A stretch of DNA of 64,000 nt from Azolla caroliniana (lineage: Eukaryota > Plantae > Polypodiophyta), in assembly GCA_043228905.1 (NCBI GenBank), contig JBHGNT010000010.1:16306001-16370000 (forward strand), read 5' to 3'. The notes under the pieces are model-generated. The model had not been told where the DNA came from. It made no database searches and worked only from the letters and a program-made list of their open reading frames with translations. Both the position numbers and the translations under genes were made by a program. Shown in pieces: positions 26,690-52,560 of the stretch. Numbering within the stretch: the stretch's first letter is position 1; every line of letters starts with the position of its first letter.

Positions 26690-27170
26690 AAACCAACCAT
26701 CAGTTCAAGCATGGGTCGATGGCCCAAGAAGAAGAAGTTGTTGTTGAAACTCTTTGCTTGTGGTTCAGTTTGGTTTCAGCAATTAAAAATTTTCCCTTGA
26801 AAAGGTTGGAGTTTTTCTACTTCTCAAACGGTTTTTTTAAACGGTTCGGTTCGGTTTTAGCAATAAAATTTTGCGGTTTAAACGGTTTTTTATTTTATTT
26901 TTTAAAATTTTAAAAATTCTAAAAAATTCTAAAATTGTTTTTAAACAATCTTTGCATTTTTAGGCCTTATTCTCACATTTTAGGAACATCTTAAAAATTT
27001 TAAAAATTTTAAAAAATGAAATATTATAAATTTTTAAAAATTAAAAATTAAACCTATGTTGAAAACCGAAACCGCGGTTTTTTACGGTTTTTGCCGTGGT
27101 TTGGTTCAAGTTTCAACATTTGTAAACGGTTCGGTTTGGACCCTCTCAAACCGAACCAAATCATTTCCGA
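26690..27170. mobile_element. Degenerate hAT-like MITE (CGGTT/AACCG-rich subterminal motifs)
   Basis: Clusters of CGGTTCGGTT and AACCGAACC in inverted arrangement; ends not resolved. Confidence 0.4.
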
Positions 27171-27824
27171 TTGTTACTACTTATTCCAAGTGACTACAAT
27201 CAACACACACTGTGTATACACATGTTCCCTAAAGAGAACAAGGCAACCTTGAGAGGGGAATCACTATTTGCATCATTATGGATTGTGTTGCTTAGTGAGG
27301 CATTTGAATAGTCAGTTATTACTTGAAGCGGTGCACGTTTCCCCTCAAATACACAGCTAGATATATGGCAATAAGCATACCACAAAAATTTATTGCCAAG
27401 GTTGTGTTAAAGTGGTATGTCAAATAAACATTTTTATTCCTTGATACATAGACATCATCTATTTCAACATATAAGATATTATCCTTTTCTGACTCATGAG
27501 CAACAAAAGCATCCACATCACATATACTGGCAATGACCATGTGCCTAGGGGCCGCCAATCGGTAATAGGTATGCCGTCGGTAGACCATAGAAGCCTGAAA
27601 GCGTATAGTATGTACTGTTGCAGGTTGCAGGAGGTCTTCGTCATGTGCAATCGTTCCCCTTTTCTCTCCCTCCCTCTCTCTGCTATGTCTGTTTGAACAT
27701 TGAACAATTGACTCTCTAGACTCTAAGTTCTCAATTCTAACTTAAAATTTTTAATTCTTCTAACTTAATTTTTTTTTAAAACTTTTATCATTATGTATGA
27801 ATAATGACTTAATTAATAATCGAC

Positions 27825-27937
27825 TTAACCGGTTTGGCAGGGCTCAAGCCGAGCCAAGCTGCTAAACCGCTAAGCCAGTGGGTTAAACCGGTTTAGCTAA
27901 ATGGTTTGGACTTGAGCCGAGCCATTGCCGATCCCTA
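27825..27937. mobile_element. hAT-like MITE terminus
   Basis: GCTCAAGCCGAGCC motifs ending CCATTGCCGATCCCTA; related end at 55030-55168. Confidence 0.4.
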
Positions 27938-28329
27938 CCCCCACCCTCCCATGTCCTTGAAAAATTCCAGTGGTTATATGGTGGTGAATATTAGAAAAGG
28001 TTATGGGGCAACATTTTGTAGCTTATTATTCTCTCTATGTTGTTTAAGCTCTAAGATATAGCTAGTAGTAGCGGAGTTGGGCAACTCTCCTTTACACTCC
28101 GAAGGCCCGAGTGAGACCCGATTTCATGTCCGTGGGAGCGAGCAGATAGATGGACGCGAACGCGAATGCGAGTGGAAAACCAACATTCATTTTTATCGAG
28201 TGAGTGAAGATTGATGAATGAACCCCCCCCCCCCCCCTTCAATGCCTTCATTTTTCTTGTTTTCTATTGTTATTTCTTGTTTACTTTATATGTACATATT
28301 GTCTTGTTTGTTTTTAGAGAGAGCTCATT

Positions 28330-28425
28330 TCTTCTCCTTCTTCTTCTTCTTCTTCTTCTTCTTCTGTACACTCCTTTCTTCTTTTCCCGCGTCCGAGCTC
28401 TTCTTCTTCTTCCGCTTCTTCTTCC
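28330..28425 (+). repeat. (CTT)n microsatellite in SMC3 5' UTR region
   Basis: Direct reading. Confidence 0.8.
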
Positions 28426-28475
28426 ACCATTGTTTCTCGCATGCCGTGACTTGTCTTTCTGACTGATTCGACACC

Positions 28476-41964
<13,489 letters not shown>

Positions 41965-42649
41965 GAAAAAGTGTTTTCCATTATTATTCAGAAGAAATCT
42001 GAGTATCCAAAACAAATGGAAGAAGAATAGAATGCCTATGATGATCAAAAATATAATCCCCCCTCCCAGTGTACCCTCAGCCAGTAGGTTTGTATATTTA
42101 CTGCTAATAATGGTAAGATTTTTTTACCTAAATATGTACATGAATGCCAAGAATGTATCACCTTCATCTCTAGTCCACTTTCTGTGTAAGTCTACCAAAT
42201 GACAAAGCTTTTTTTATTTTTTTACATTTTCCATAGCGTTTGTAACTCAACTAACAGTTTGTTTTTCCACTTAGTTTTGATGAATCAAAGAATAAATAGT
42301 CTTTTAACCAAATTTGGTAATTTGAACAATGCTATTGTGTCTTATACTTAATGCACAACTTGCATCAAGAAGCTGCTGAGTTTATTCATAGCGTGATGGA
42401 ATTGCATTAATGCAAAACTTGTTACAATCAATGTAAATGTCTTGGATTAGCTAATTTGAAAAAAAGCTTAGTGTGCATCTTCTCTCACTAGTTTGATACT
42501 TCATGTTGGCTTGAGCTTTGTATTATCAAAAGTATTACAAGAATTTGTATTGGGGTTTAACCTCATATTTGCTTACATTACATGTTGCATAATTGTAAGT
42601 TTTGTATCACCATATATGCTAGATTCTTAAATGTGTCAATCGCCTCATT

Positions 42650-43620
42650 ATTAAGTGGATTGTAGAAGACTACTTGTTGGTCACCTTCATAACATCCACA
42701 CTAGTTGGAATGTGTCATATAAGTGGATCCCAATAACCCCAGTGCAATGTGGGTATAAAGACGTAATCTTACTGAAGCGCACATTTGAGGACGTCCTCCA
42801 CCTTAGAGCTTTGTTTTTGAAGTTGCACCTTTCAGAAACCTCTTGGGGCAGCATGTACTCTATCCACGTGGGGAATAAACTCATTGTCCATGTCAATGCC
42901 ATTTGGCACATTGTCCTCAAATTTGACTCGGCCACGAAAACCGTTAGATCGAATCTTCGACATGCAAGCTGGAACTTATTTCCAAAACACGATGCAAATT
43001 GGATCGGGTCTTCAACATTATGTTTCCAAAACACAATGCAAATACCTTACAAATGGTGTGGGATAAGCTTCATCATCGAGAGGGGAACAACCCAGATTAC
43101 CAGCTAGGCCCCTAAATGGCAGCTTTACCAAGCCTAATGTTGACAGTTCCCACATCAAATGCTCCCTCATTGAAATGTGATGTAATCTCCTCACATGCAA
43201 CCAAGCCCGCCTCTTTCCATTTGACTTGGGTTTTGGCCCTCCTCGGTATAGTTTGTGGTGTCCCTTCAATGGGTGGTTTCGTCCACAATTTGTTGATACA
43301 CCACCATCATCTGTTGATATTGCAATCCCAACCTTATTACGCTACAAAATTCATGGTTTGACTCAACATATTACGAAAGTCATACATTTTATCAATCACA
43401 TACCAATCAATCATGAAGTTTCATGCTTACATAAGAATCATATCCAGTTGCAATCTTTATCTTCAACATCTCCATCCATTCTTCATTTGTAGAATCGTAT
43501 ATCACCATCTTGTGTGCTATGAATATTGCCACAAATTTGGACTCGGTGTTGCCTCAGAGTTCAATCGGAGTGGATTGGAACTGGTTCACCTCCTATATGT
43601 TAAGCTTCCTCATGTGTGAT
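42650..43620 (-). pseudogene. Degenerate transposon-associated coding remnant, possibly Ulp1/C48-like peptidase
   Basis: Minus-strand frame near 42720-42790 reads DYVFIPTLHWGYW with flanking stops; GC content is raised. Confidence 0.3.
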
Positions 43621-43700
43621 TGACAATTTCATGTGTATTTTACCACGGGGTCTATGAAATGCTTTAGTGAATGTTGCCACTCATAATTGTTGAAGAATGT

Positions 43701-44096
43701 ACATAATTGGTAAGCAGTATTACAATTTGGTATATTTGGAAGGCCCGATGTTTGAAGGTATTTCAAAATATGACTGAAAGACCTGCTCAAATAATCTCCG
43801 GAATTTGGATAGAGATTGTACATAATCTTAGAGGGATTTTGGATGGTATAAAAGGTAATACGCATCAAGCGGAGCTTAGGCGGGTGGAGTTTCATGCCAT
43901 TTGGGACATAGGTATATTTTATAGACGGTATTTTGGTAAGGTGGAGTGGTTCTACTCAACACCAAAGTGTTTATTCAAGCCAATGGTTCGACTTTAGAAA
44001 AATATAGGGGATCGGTATAGCTTGTATGTTTAGCCTTATGGCGGTTTTCTAATACTAATGTAGTATCTTTTTTTTTGGAAAAAAAAAAAAAAAAAA
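43701..44096 (+). mobile_element. 5'-truncated L1-type LINE with poly(A) tail and TSD
   Basis: IWYIWKARCLKVFQ C-terminal motif, poly(A) 44079-44096, TSD TTGTTGAAGAATGT at 43687-43700 and 44098-44111. Confidence 0.88.
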
Positions 44097-44875
44097 TTTG
44101 TTGAAGAATGTTGTGCCCTACTCCTCTTCCTCTATCCTCAACCCTCTTGGAAGCACTACATCAATGTCATATAGCTTCCACAAATATGCCTCCATGTTTG
44201 ATTTCTTCCGAAACCACCGTTGCTCTTGGCAACATAGCTGAAGCACTATACATGACCAAGTTTTGATACCCGTTGAATCTCAGCCACACTTGAAGAGCAA
44301 TTTGTCGGGCAACTGCCTATGAGTCAGACAATTGCAGAGGGTGAAGTATGGCGACTGCATTGTGAGTCAGGCGAATGCAAGTGGGGGACTCATTTTGAGT
44401 CGGGCGACTACAAGTTGTGAAGTCAGGCGACTACAGGTTGTGAAGTCCAGCGACTTCCTGTCAGTAGGGCGTCTAATGAGTGTGAAGTGGGGCAACTGTC
44501 TGGCAGTAGGGCCCATCTAATGAATGTGAAGTCATGCGACTATGAGTCTGAGTGAATGAAGAGTATGAAGTTGGGCGATTGCATGTGAGTGGGGGCAACT
44601 CAGTTTGAGTCGGGGGGCGACTGATATCTAAATAAATGGTCGGGACTCGGGTGCCTGGTGACGACAGAGGCTGACGGCTTCTTTTTTTTTAAACTTTTGT
44701 GCGCTTATTTTTGGATAAAGATCGGATCGGAGAGGGCAGCTTCAGCTAAGAGCCCTACACTACAGTACACCAAATGCGTGGCCTTATCCCAATAAAAAAA
44801 CAGTTCCTTCATGTTATTCCTTTTCTTTGTGTCTTTTGTTTTTGAGAAGACGGATAGCTACTAGCTAGGCAGGCT

Positions 44876-47112
44876 ATGATAAACCTCGCTACCACATGCC
44901 TATGGCCTCCTCCTCTGCACCTCAATCTCTCTGCCTCGAAAGAGCCATTCCCTTCCGATGCTCTCAGATATGGATCCAGACGATGCCCGCTTCCTTGTGC
45001 GCACGCCTCCACCAGACTGAGTTCTCATGAATCGGTACAATTGAACGAACCGGATGGTATCAATCGGAGAGAAGTTCTTCATCTCCTTCTTCTCACGATT
45101 TCAACTCAACGATTAGTAGAAGCTAAGCAGGCCATTGCTGAAGGTATGTTTGAATGCCGCTCTCTCTCTTTCTCTAAATTTCTGTTTTTGTAAGAAGTAT
45201 TGGGTTATGTATGTATGTTTGTGTGCATGAGTATATGTGGATGTGGATGTGGATGTGGATGTGGATGTGGATGTGGATGTAGATATGAATGTATGTTGTA
45301 GATGTATATGTGTTTATATCTATATGTATGTATGTGTAGATATGTTTGTATACATGTATCTATCTATTTATAGATTTATATATTTATTATGAATGTGTCT
45401 CTTCATGAAGCAAGCAGTGAGCGATTATATTAGAATGAAAGAGTTGTAAAGATCTGTGCAGGCAGATCATCAAGAGCCTCTGAGTCTTTTAACATTGGAG
45501 CCTTATGTTGATGAAAAACAAGGGTTCACTTTGATGAAACCTGCCACGTGGAGTAAGGTTAGTGAAATTTTTTGTCTTTCTACATAACAAATCAATCTTG
45601 TTTAGATGTTGTCTTTTTAATCAAAATACATTAAAAGATTGTTTAAAGCTTTGCCATCCATCTCTTAATAATGCACTGTGATGTTCCTATTTTTAGTTAT
45701 TGGCATTGCATTCTATAATGCAATTTTCACTATCTTTTTTTTTCAACACAGTGTTAGAACGTGAATTTGGAAACCATTTTTATCAGAGAAATGTGTTAAA
45801 TTATCCAGTAACGTAATGGAAAACTCAATATTAAGCTCGTGAGGTTTAGGAAATGAATGTGTAAAGACATTGTTCTGAGGAGAAGGGTGCCAGTTTAATG
45901 ATCGTGTAATGATCTTAAAGTAACAGCCTTGAGTTTCAGAAAATGAATTTACAAAACCATTGTTCCAGAAGAAAAGTGCTAGTTAATCTGAGACTGTAAT
46001 GATTGTAGCTAAAAAGGGGGATGCTTTTTACAGCACATGTAAATATTTAACCGATTGCTTCATCCTTGAACTCGTGACAACATAAGCTTACCGTTATACC
46101 TTTTAACGTTGAGCATTTTGTGTTACTACAATCTTATCACGTTGTCTACATTGAACCCATTGATTTATCATGATGATATCACATTTTATGCATGATGTTT
46201 GTAAAAATGTAATTCCTTATGGAAGTTAAAATAATGACTTGTTTATTGAGCTTGATTTGGAGTAGATAGACAAGGCTGGAGCAACTGTTCTCTTTGAAGA
46301 TCCCAAATCAAAGGGGAACAACATCGGTGTGGTAGTGAATCCTGTTCGGATCTCATCTCTCACCGAGTTTGGATCTATCGATATTGTCGCTGATAAGCTT
46401 CTACAAGCTGAAAAGAAGAAGGTATATATGAAGGCTTGCTTGTATGTCATTAACATAGAATAACTTATATTATAATACTTTAATTATTTTTCTTAACTAA
46501 CATAGCTAAAGTATGCAAGATTTTGTACATGCTCTCTTATTTGTGCCATTATGTTATACTTGCAATTTTTTTCAAACCTAAAATACTACTTATGGTTGAT
46601 TTTGATGATAAAACATACTTTTTTAAAGGATTTTACTTGACATGATTGTAGAAATTTATGAGAATTAGTATTATTAGTATATGTGTAGTTTAAATGCTAA
46701 CCGTGAGGCAATGTAAGCTTCACTCAAACAACAATACGATTTTCTTTTTGCAAAATTCTCCAAAATTTACCATGGAGGAACTAACGCATTGTAGGGATAT
46801 ATTACTTGTGCTTACCATTATTTCTTTTTATGGCTTACATATTTACGGTTTATGCTATAGCCAAGCACTAATGATGTACAACTACTAAACGTTACGGAGA
46901 AGCAAGCACATGGAGGGGTGCCGCTGTATCAAGTTGAGTACAAATTAGATAGTTCTCGTGGTGTGAAACGGATCTTCTCGGCAGTGACTGTGGCCAAGAA
47001 GAAGTTGTACATCCTCAATGTTGCATTCAAGGATAGTTCTGATATGCCACTTCCACTGGATACTGCATCATTGTTGAATCAAATTGTGAATTCTTTTGAT
47101 CTTTTGAATTGA
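44876..47112 (+). CDS. PPD2: PsbP domain-containing protein 2, thylakoid lumen, 4 exons, 255 aa
   Basis: Exons 44876-45143, 45466-45557, 46266-46421, 46861-47112 (768 nt). Transit peptide with Tat RR motif (NRREVL) and AxA site; YVDEKQGFTL, KAGATVLFE, NNIGVVVNPVRISSL, VADKLLQAEKKK, EYKLDSSRG match PPD2. Confidence 0.9.
45235..45285. repeat. (GATGTG)n microsatellite in PPD2 intron 1
   Basis: Direct reading. Confidence 0.85.
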
Positions 47113-48324
47113 GAAATATCATGAAGCTTTTGATTTGATCATATTTTTGCTATAATATATATTTTGACCCTAGGTAACGAATCAAATAAAAATTTATTTT
47201 GATTGTTATGCTTTTGATTTAATCACATTTTAGTTGTATTATTTGATGATCACAAAGAGGGAGAACATGGATCTAGACTTGTTTCCTTGTTATGTGAACT
47301 CAAGCTATCACCTTGTTACGTGAGAACTAGTTAAAACATTGTTCTGTTGATGCATCTATAATGACATATGACATGTTTGAGTATGGTATCTATAAACCGT
47401 AGTAAAATTAGTTTTAATAACATAACTTTGAAAGATCATACGCTTATAGCATCGATTATAGCATCGATTTGTTTGTTAACAGGCTTTTGCTTTTAGGAGG
47501 AAGCTTCTTGGGGATTATACTGCTTTACAGTTTTTCCGTAGTTTTTACGATATAAAAAAAGGTTCTTTTTGTCCAGGACTAGTTAGGGGTAACTCAAGTT
47601 TTGCCAACATTTCTCAACAAAAAACATACACTTTTTATATTATATGCCCTGATTTTTGGAAATTGATTGGGATCCATAGGAACCCATTCATAAATCTTGA
47701 TGGATGTCTATAAAGTGTTAGGTCCTTTTAACTGCATAGCTAAAGTGAATTTATATTTAATATTTATTATCTATGTTATAGATAGTAAAACAATTTGTAT
47801 CAATGTTGACTTTTTATACATGAAACATTTTGGTTTTTTGCTTATGTAAATTTCAAGAGGCACATCCAAATAATATGAGCAAGTAGTGGAGGACGACTCA
47901 AATTGGTTATTGGAACTTCCATATTGTCCTTCCTAGATCATGCTTTTGCAATAGATGATTTCATGGAAAATGTACTTAATGAAATGGATTCGTGACGTTG
48001 TGTTGATGTTGAAGGTGTTTTACACGAGCATTGCCTATGTTTGGATTCAATACATGAAAGTGATGATGTGAATATGAATAAAATGTTTGACATGGCAATC
48101 AGTCATATGTCATTGTTTTAATAATGGCTTTGATATATTTTGAGGCTAAAGTGTTTTTGTTCAACGTACTATGATAAACTTTGACATATTAGATGGGCAT
48201 GCAAAAAGTGGTTGGAAGTGTTATGCAATCATTCTAGAAGGATTCTTAATCGAGAAGAATATTAAGGAGAAAGATAAGCTTTTATTGTGAGGATGAGAAA
48301 TTATTTTAGATATAAAAAACTTGG

Positions 48325-48617
48325 AAGAATAGTTGTAATCATGATTGATGGAAGCAATCTTTTCCTTATTGATTGTTAATTGCAAGTAAAAAGCATTTTC
48401 TAAGATGAATAAGATCATAACTCTCTCTCTCACACACACACACATTTTGAAGATGGGTTTCTTATAGTATTATGTGGATTAATCAAGAATAGTTGTAATC
48501 ATGATTGATGGAAGCAATATTTTCCTTATTGTTTGTTAATTGCATGTAAAGAGCATTTTCTAAGATGAATAAGATCATAACTCTCACACACACATTTTGA
48601 AGATGAATTTCTTATAG
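48325..48617. repeat. 160-bp tandem duplication
   Basis: AAGAATAGTTGTAATCATGATTGATGGAAGCAAT at 48325 and 48485. Confidence 0.85.
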
Positions 48618-48819
48618 GATTATGTTAGTAGGCTACCAAGTTGAAATTTACTCATCCCAATCAAATTCACATGTTTAAAATACAGGCCCCATGAAATTGT
48701 AGGTTGTACGTCAAACCCTAATGTTAGTTGTGTGTGTGAGTGAGAGGTGAGAAATTTGGGTTTCGAACCCAAGATGTAATGCTGGTAGTGTAAACCACTT
48801 ACCACTAGTGTAATTATGA

Positions 48820-48880
48820 GAAAGAAAGAAAGAAAGAAAGATGTATTAACGTCTTCTAAGGCCAAATTTGGCCCATGAGA
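48820..48880 (-). mobile_element. LINE 3' tail fragment
   Basis: (GAAA)n ATGTATTAACGTCTTCTAAGGCCAAA. Confidence 0.6.
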
Positions 48881-51079
48881 CAATTGGTTTACAACAATAG
48901 AGTATTTATCCAGTCATCATAACTAAAATAAATGAGAGAGATATATATATATATATTTTTTATAATAAATGATCACTACATGTACAATTAAAAAGCATAT
49001 TATTTTATTGAGAATATAACCTCATGAACGTGTGTGGAAGGTCTCATTCAAGTATATATGTCTAGCTCATTTGCCCCAACTTTATTTCAATAAATCCTCA
49101 TACAATGGTGAAGCAACATCAATAAGGTGTAAGAGAGGAAATAAGAGGTTCATGACTCTAAGAGGAGTTGCATAACGATATTGTGTCTAGAAATGGGCAT
49201 CAAAATACGTGTAACATGAATATGATAAGAGTACTGTAAGACTCCATTCGGAAAAATAAGACTTGGGACCTGGTCGAACTTCCAAAAAATCGACATGCTC
49301 TTCCGTACAAGGGGATCTATATTAATATAAATGAGTCAATAAAGATAATCGACCTCATTGTAGTGAAATATCGAACATCACTTGTAATAATTCATGTTTC
49401 ATTAACTATGCATGATACGTGATGACAAGTCTCTCACATATTGGTTTGAAATTTGTTTTCCTAAATGGTCCAAGACTTTCTTTTAAATGGTTTTAATGGG
49501 GATGAGATACCCAAAAGTCCATCTATGCAAAAATGTGGCTGTCCTTGTTTTATGCAGCACAAACTCCTCGCATTAACAATTAGCCCCTTGGAAATGTTCA
49601 ACACATGTGCCCACAAAATTGTGTTTGTGCTAGCATGTAACAATTTGCCCAATCATAACCTTTGATCAAACTTGTTTGCACCAATTTCATCGCAACCTTT
49701 TAAGTTCTCACCACACATGGGCCTCAATTTATCAAGTTCAAGATTTGTCCATCACAAGTTATAATGAGGTGAGTGTTAACCATTTTCATACATTTGGACG
49801 TTGGTTGGAAAACAAAGGAACAAGTGTGGCAATACGGAAAGGGACAATAAAATAGAGAGACTCATAACACGATGTGAAAAGGCCCAAGGCATTGTAAATG
49901 CTATAAAACACACCTTTATAAGTGTTTAAAGCTTTTCCTTGACATTTAGTGAACTTAATTTATATCTTAAGCCTCCCTTAACCTCGTTAGTTATAACTCT
50001 AATTAATAGCTTAATCTTATTGCCCACTCGATCAAGTGCTTTGTAATTTGGTTTTCTTTGTCATATTGTTAAGTAGTTCAACATTAATATTTAAGTAATT
50101 AGGCCTCGCTTTGTGAGTGTTTGTTCAAGTGCTAAGTTTAGAGTTTGCTTACTTACTCATTTACAAGTATTTTGTAGTAGGCTTAGGAGTGGATTGACAC
50201 CCACCTATACTCATTCCTGCCAATATAAAAGTAGATGTTCAATGTGTATCTAATTAAGTGCTAAGTTTAAACTTTAGAGTTTGCTTACTCATTTATTGGT
50301 ATTTCCTAGTAGATTTAGGAGTGGATTGACACCTATCCCTACATGTCCTGTCAAATAATAAAATAGTTGTCATACCAACCTTCAATATATATGGTTCCAA
50401 GTGAAGGAACAAGAACAAGGTGAGGCGAGCCCTAAACTTCCCCACAATAAACCCCATAAAATCATTCCTCATGCTCGCCAACAACTCTCCGTCCACCTTC
50501 GACTCATGACAAAATGTGATGCGTGCGCTCTCCTTTTGTTCCTTCCACCCTCGTAGCTCCCAGACATCAGCATGTCCTGCCTCCTCTCCAATCGCCATGA
50601 GATCCATTTGCATGGCGATGCCAAAAAGGGCCGAGTTTTGGAGCTGGAGCTGGGGAGCCACTCGGGGGAGGGTGACAGGCTTGTTGTCCAGCTCTAGGTT
50701 ACAAAGAGGACAAACAACACAAGAAGTGGGTGCCGCAAACGGGTGCCGCGAGAAATGATTAACCCCCAACAGATTGTAAATGAGCATGGATTATTAGGTC
50801 GCGTTGTTCGGCTCGGACACGAGAAGAGCATAATCCTGCCCATGCGCCCGCTCGCCTGCCCATCTGCCCATCTGCCCAAGAGAGATTGAAGGAGGAGGAA
50901 TTACATAAGTGCATAGTATATACTATACACTCTTCTTCCATTTGAAGGAGAAGGAATTACATAAGTACATACATACACTTCCTCCTTCCATTTTGAAAAA
51001 TTTAATGTCTTCTTTCTTGCCTCCTCCTTCCTCTTTAAAACCTTACACAGATTAAAAGGCAGGCAACAGCACCTGCACA

Positions 51080-52519
51080 ATGACGCCTAAACCCTCCACT
51101 ACTTTGATTCAGCAGAGGATCAACCCTATCTCCGGCGAATCAGAGTGGGTTCTCTTCACCTCACACGAAGCAAACGAAGAAGAAGAAGAAGAAGAAGAAG
51201 ATGATGATGATGGTGATGATGATGATGATGATGATGATGAGGGAGAAGGAAAAGATGATGATCGTTATAATCCTCCTGATAGCTTCTTGTTTCAGACCTC
51301 TTACCTCGATATGCTCAACGACACGGAACGAAACCAAGCCTTTGAAGCAGCCATCCAAACCGCCATAGCTTCTTCTTCTTCTCCTCCTCTCATCCTTGAC
51401 ATTGGGTATGTTCTTTCTTATTTTCCTATATACCTCTCCCCCCCCCCCCCCTTAATGGACATAAGCTTAGTAAGGAAAAAGCTAAATTTGTGGTTTGTTT
51501 CAAATGCTATAAAAATTATAAGAAAATTAAGTAATCTCTTAGTTTGAATAGCCGTAGAGCCACAGTTGTTAATGACTATGAGAATAACCTGGTAAAGCAT
51601 GAGAGGTATCTTGAAGTTATTAACATGAATTTTTTATATAAGTTTTGTCTAGTGTGAGGACAGGTAAGATTGAATATAAAAGATGAACAAATACGTTTAA
51701 CATCATTTTGTTGTAATGGATCAGTGCAGGAACAGGTCTGTTGTCTATGATGGCAGCAAAAGCTTTGCAAGAGACATTTCCGCCTTGTACTCTGAATGCT
51801 GATAAACCTATAACAGCATGTGAATCTTTTCTTCCAATGTTTCAATTGGCCCGCAAGGTTATTTCATTGAGTGGATTATCCTCATTTGTACATTTAGTAC
51901 ATAAAAGATCTGACGAGATGGACATAGGCTCAGATATGGTCTCACAAGCTGACATACTGGTAAAGTTATCCTGTTTGCGGCACATATTCTGTGCAAAGAA
52001 ATTATTTGATTGTATTTATCACAATCATGGAAATATATGCAAATCAATACAATCTTAATAACAGTGAGAAGGTGATCTCAACCATCAATCCATAGTTATG
52101 GGGGAACACCGTGCACTAGAGTATGTTCTTCCCACACAAATGAAGTAACTTTGGGATATTGGTCCAGAAAGAAAGATAAATATACTAATGTCTGTGATCC
52201 AAATCATGATACCCATATTGGAAAAGAAAAGCTTAGGGTTTACTAGGGATCAATCATTAAGCCGTAAATTTACTTGGGTAATGTTTATTAGGACGGTTTT
52301 ATAAGCATGACGAGGATAACTACTATGTAGGCATTAAATTGTTATAGAAAGAAAGAAAGAAAGAAAGAAAAATCAACGTCTTTTAAGAGGGCAAAATGGC
52401 CTATAAAAACAAACAGGAGATTACATCTTAAAATGTTGTCACATCTTTGAGAAAGCTAAACCCAAATAAATGTAACTAAATAAAAATAGAAATGACTAAA
52501 AAACTCCATTGTCTATATA

Positions 52520-52560
<41 letters not shown>

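Noticed and set aside
49000-49800. Possible hAT transposase remnant
   Set aside because: Only a faint resemblance to a CxAHxLNL motif; insufficient support.
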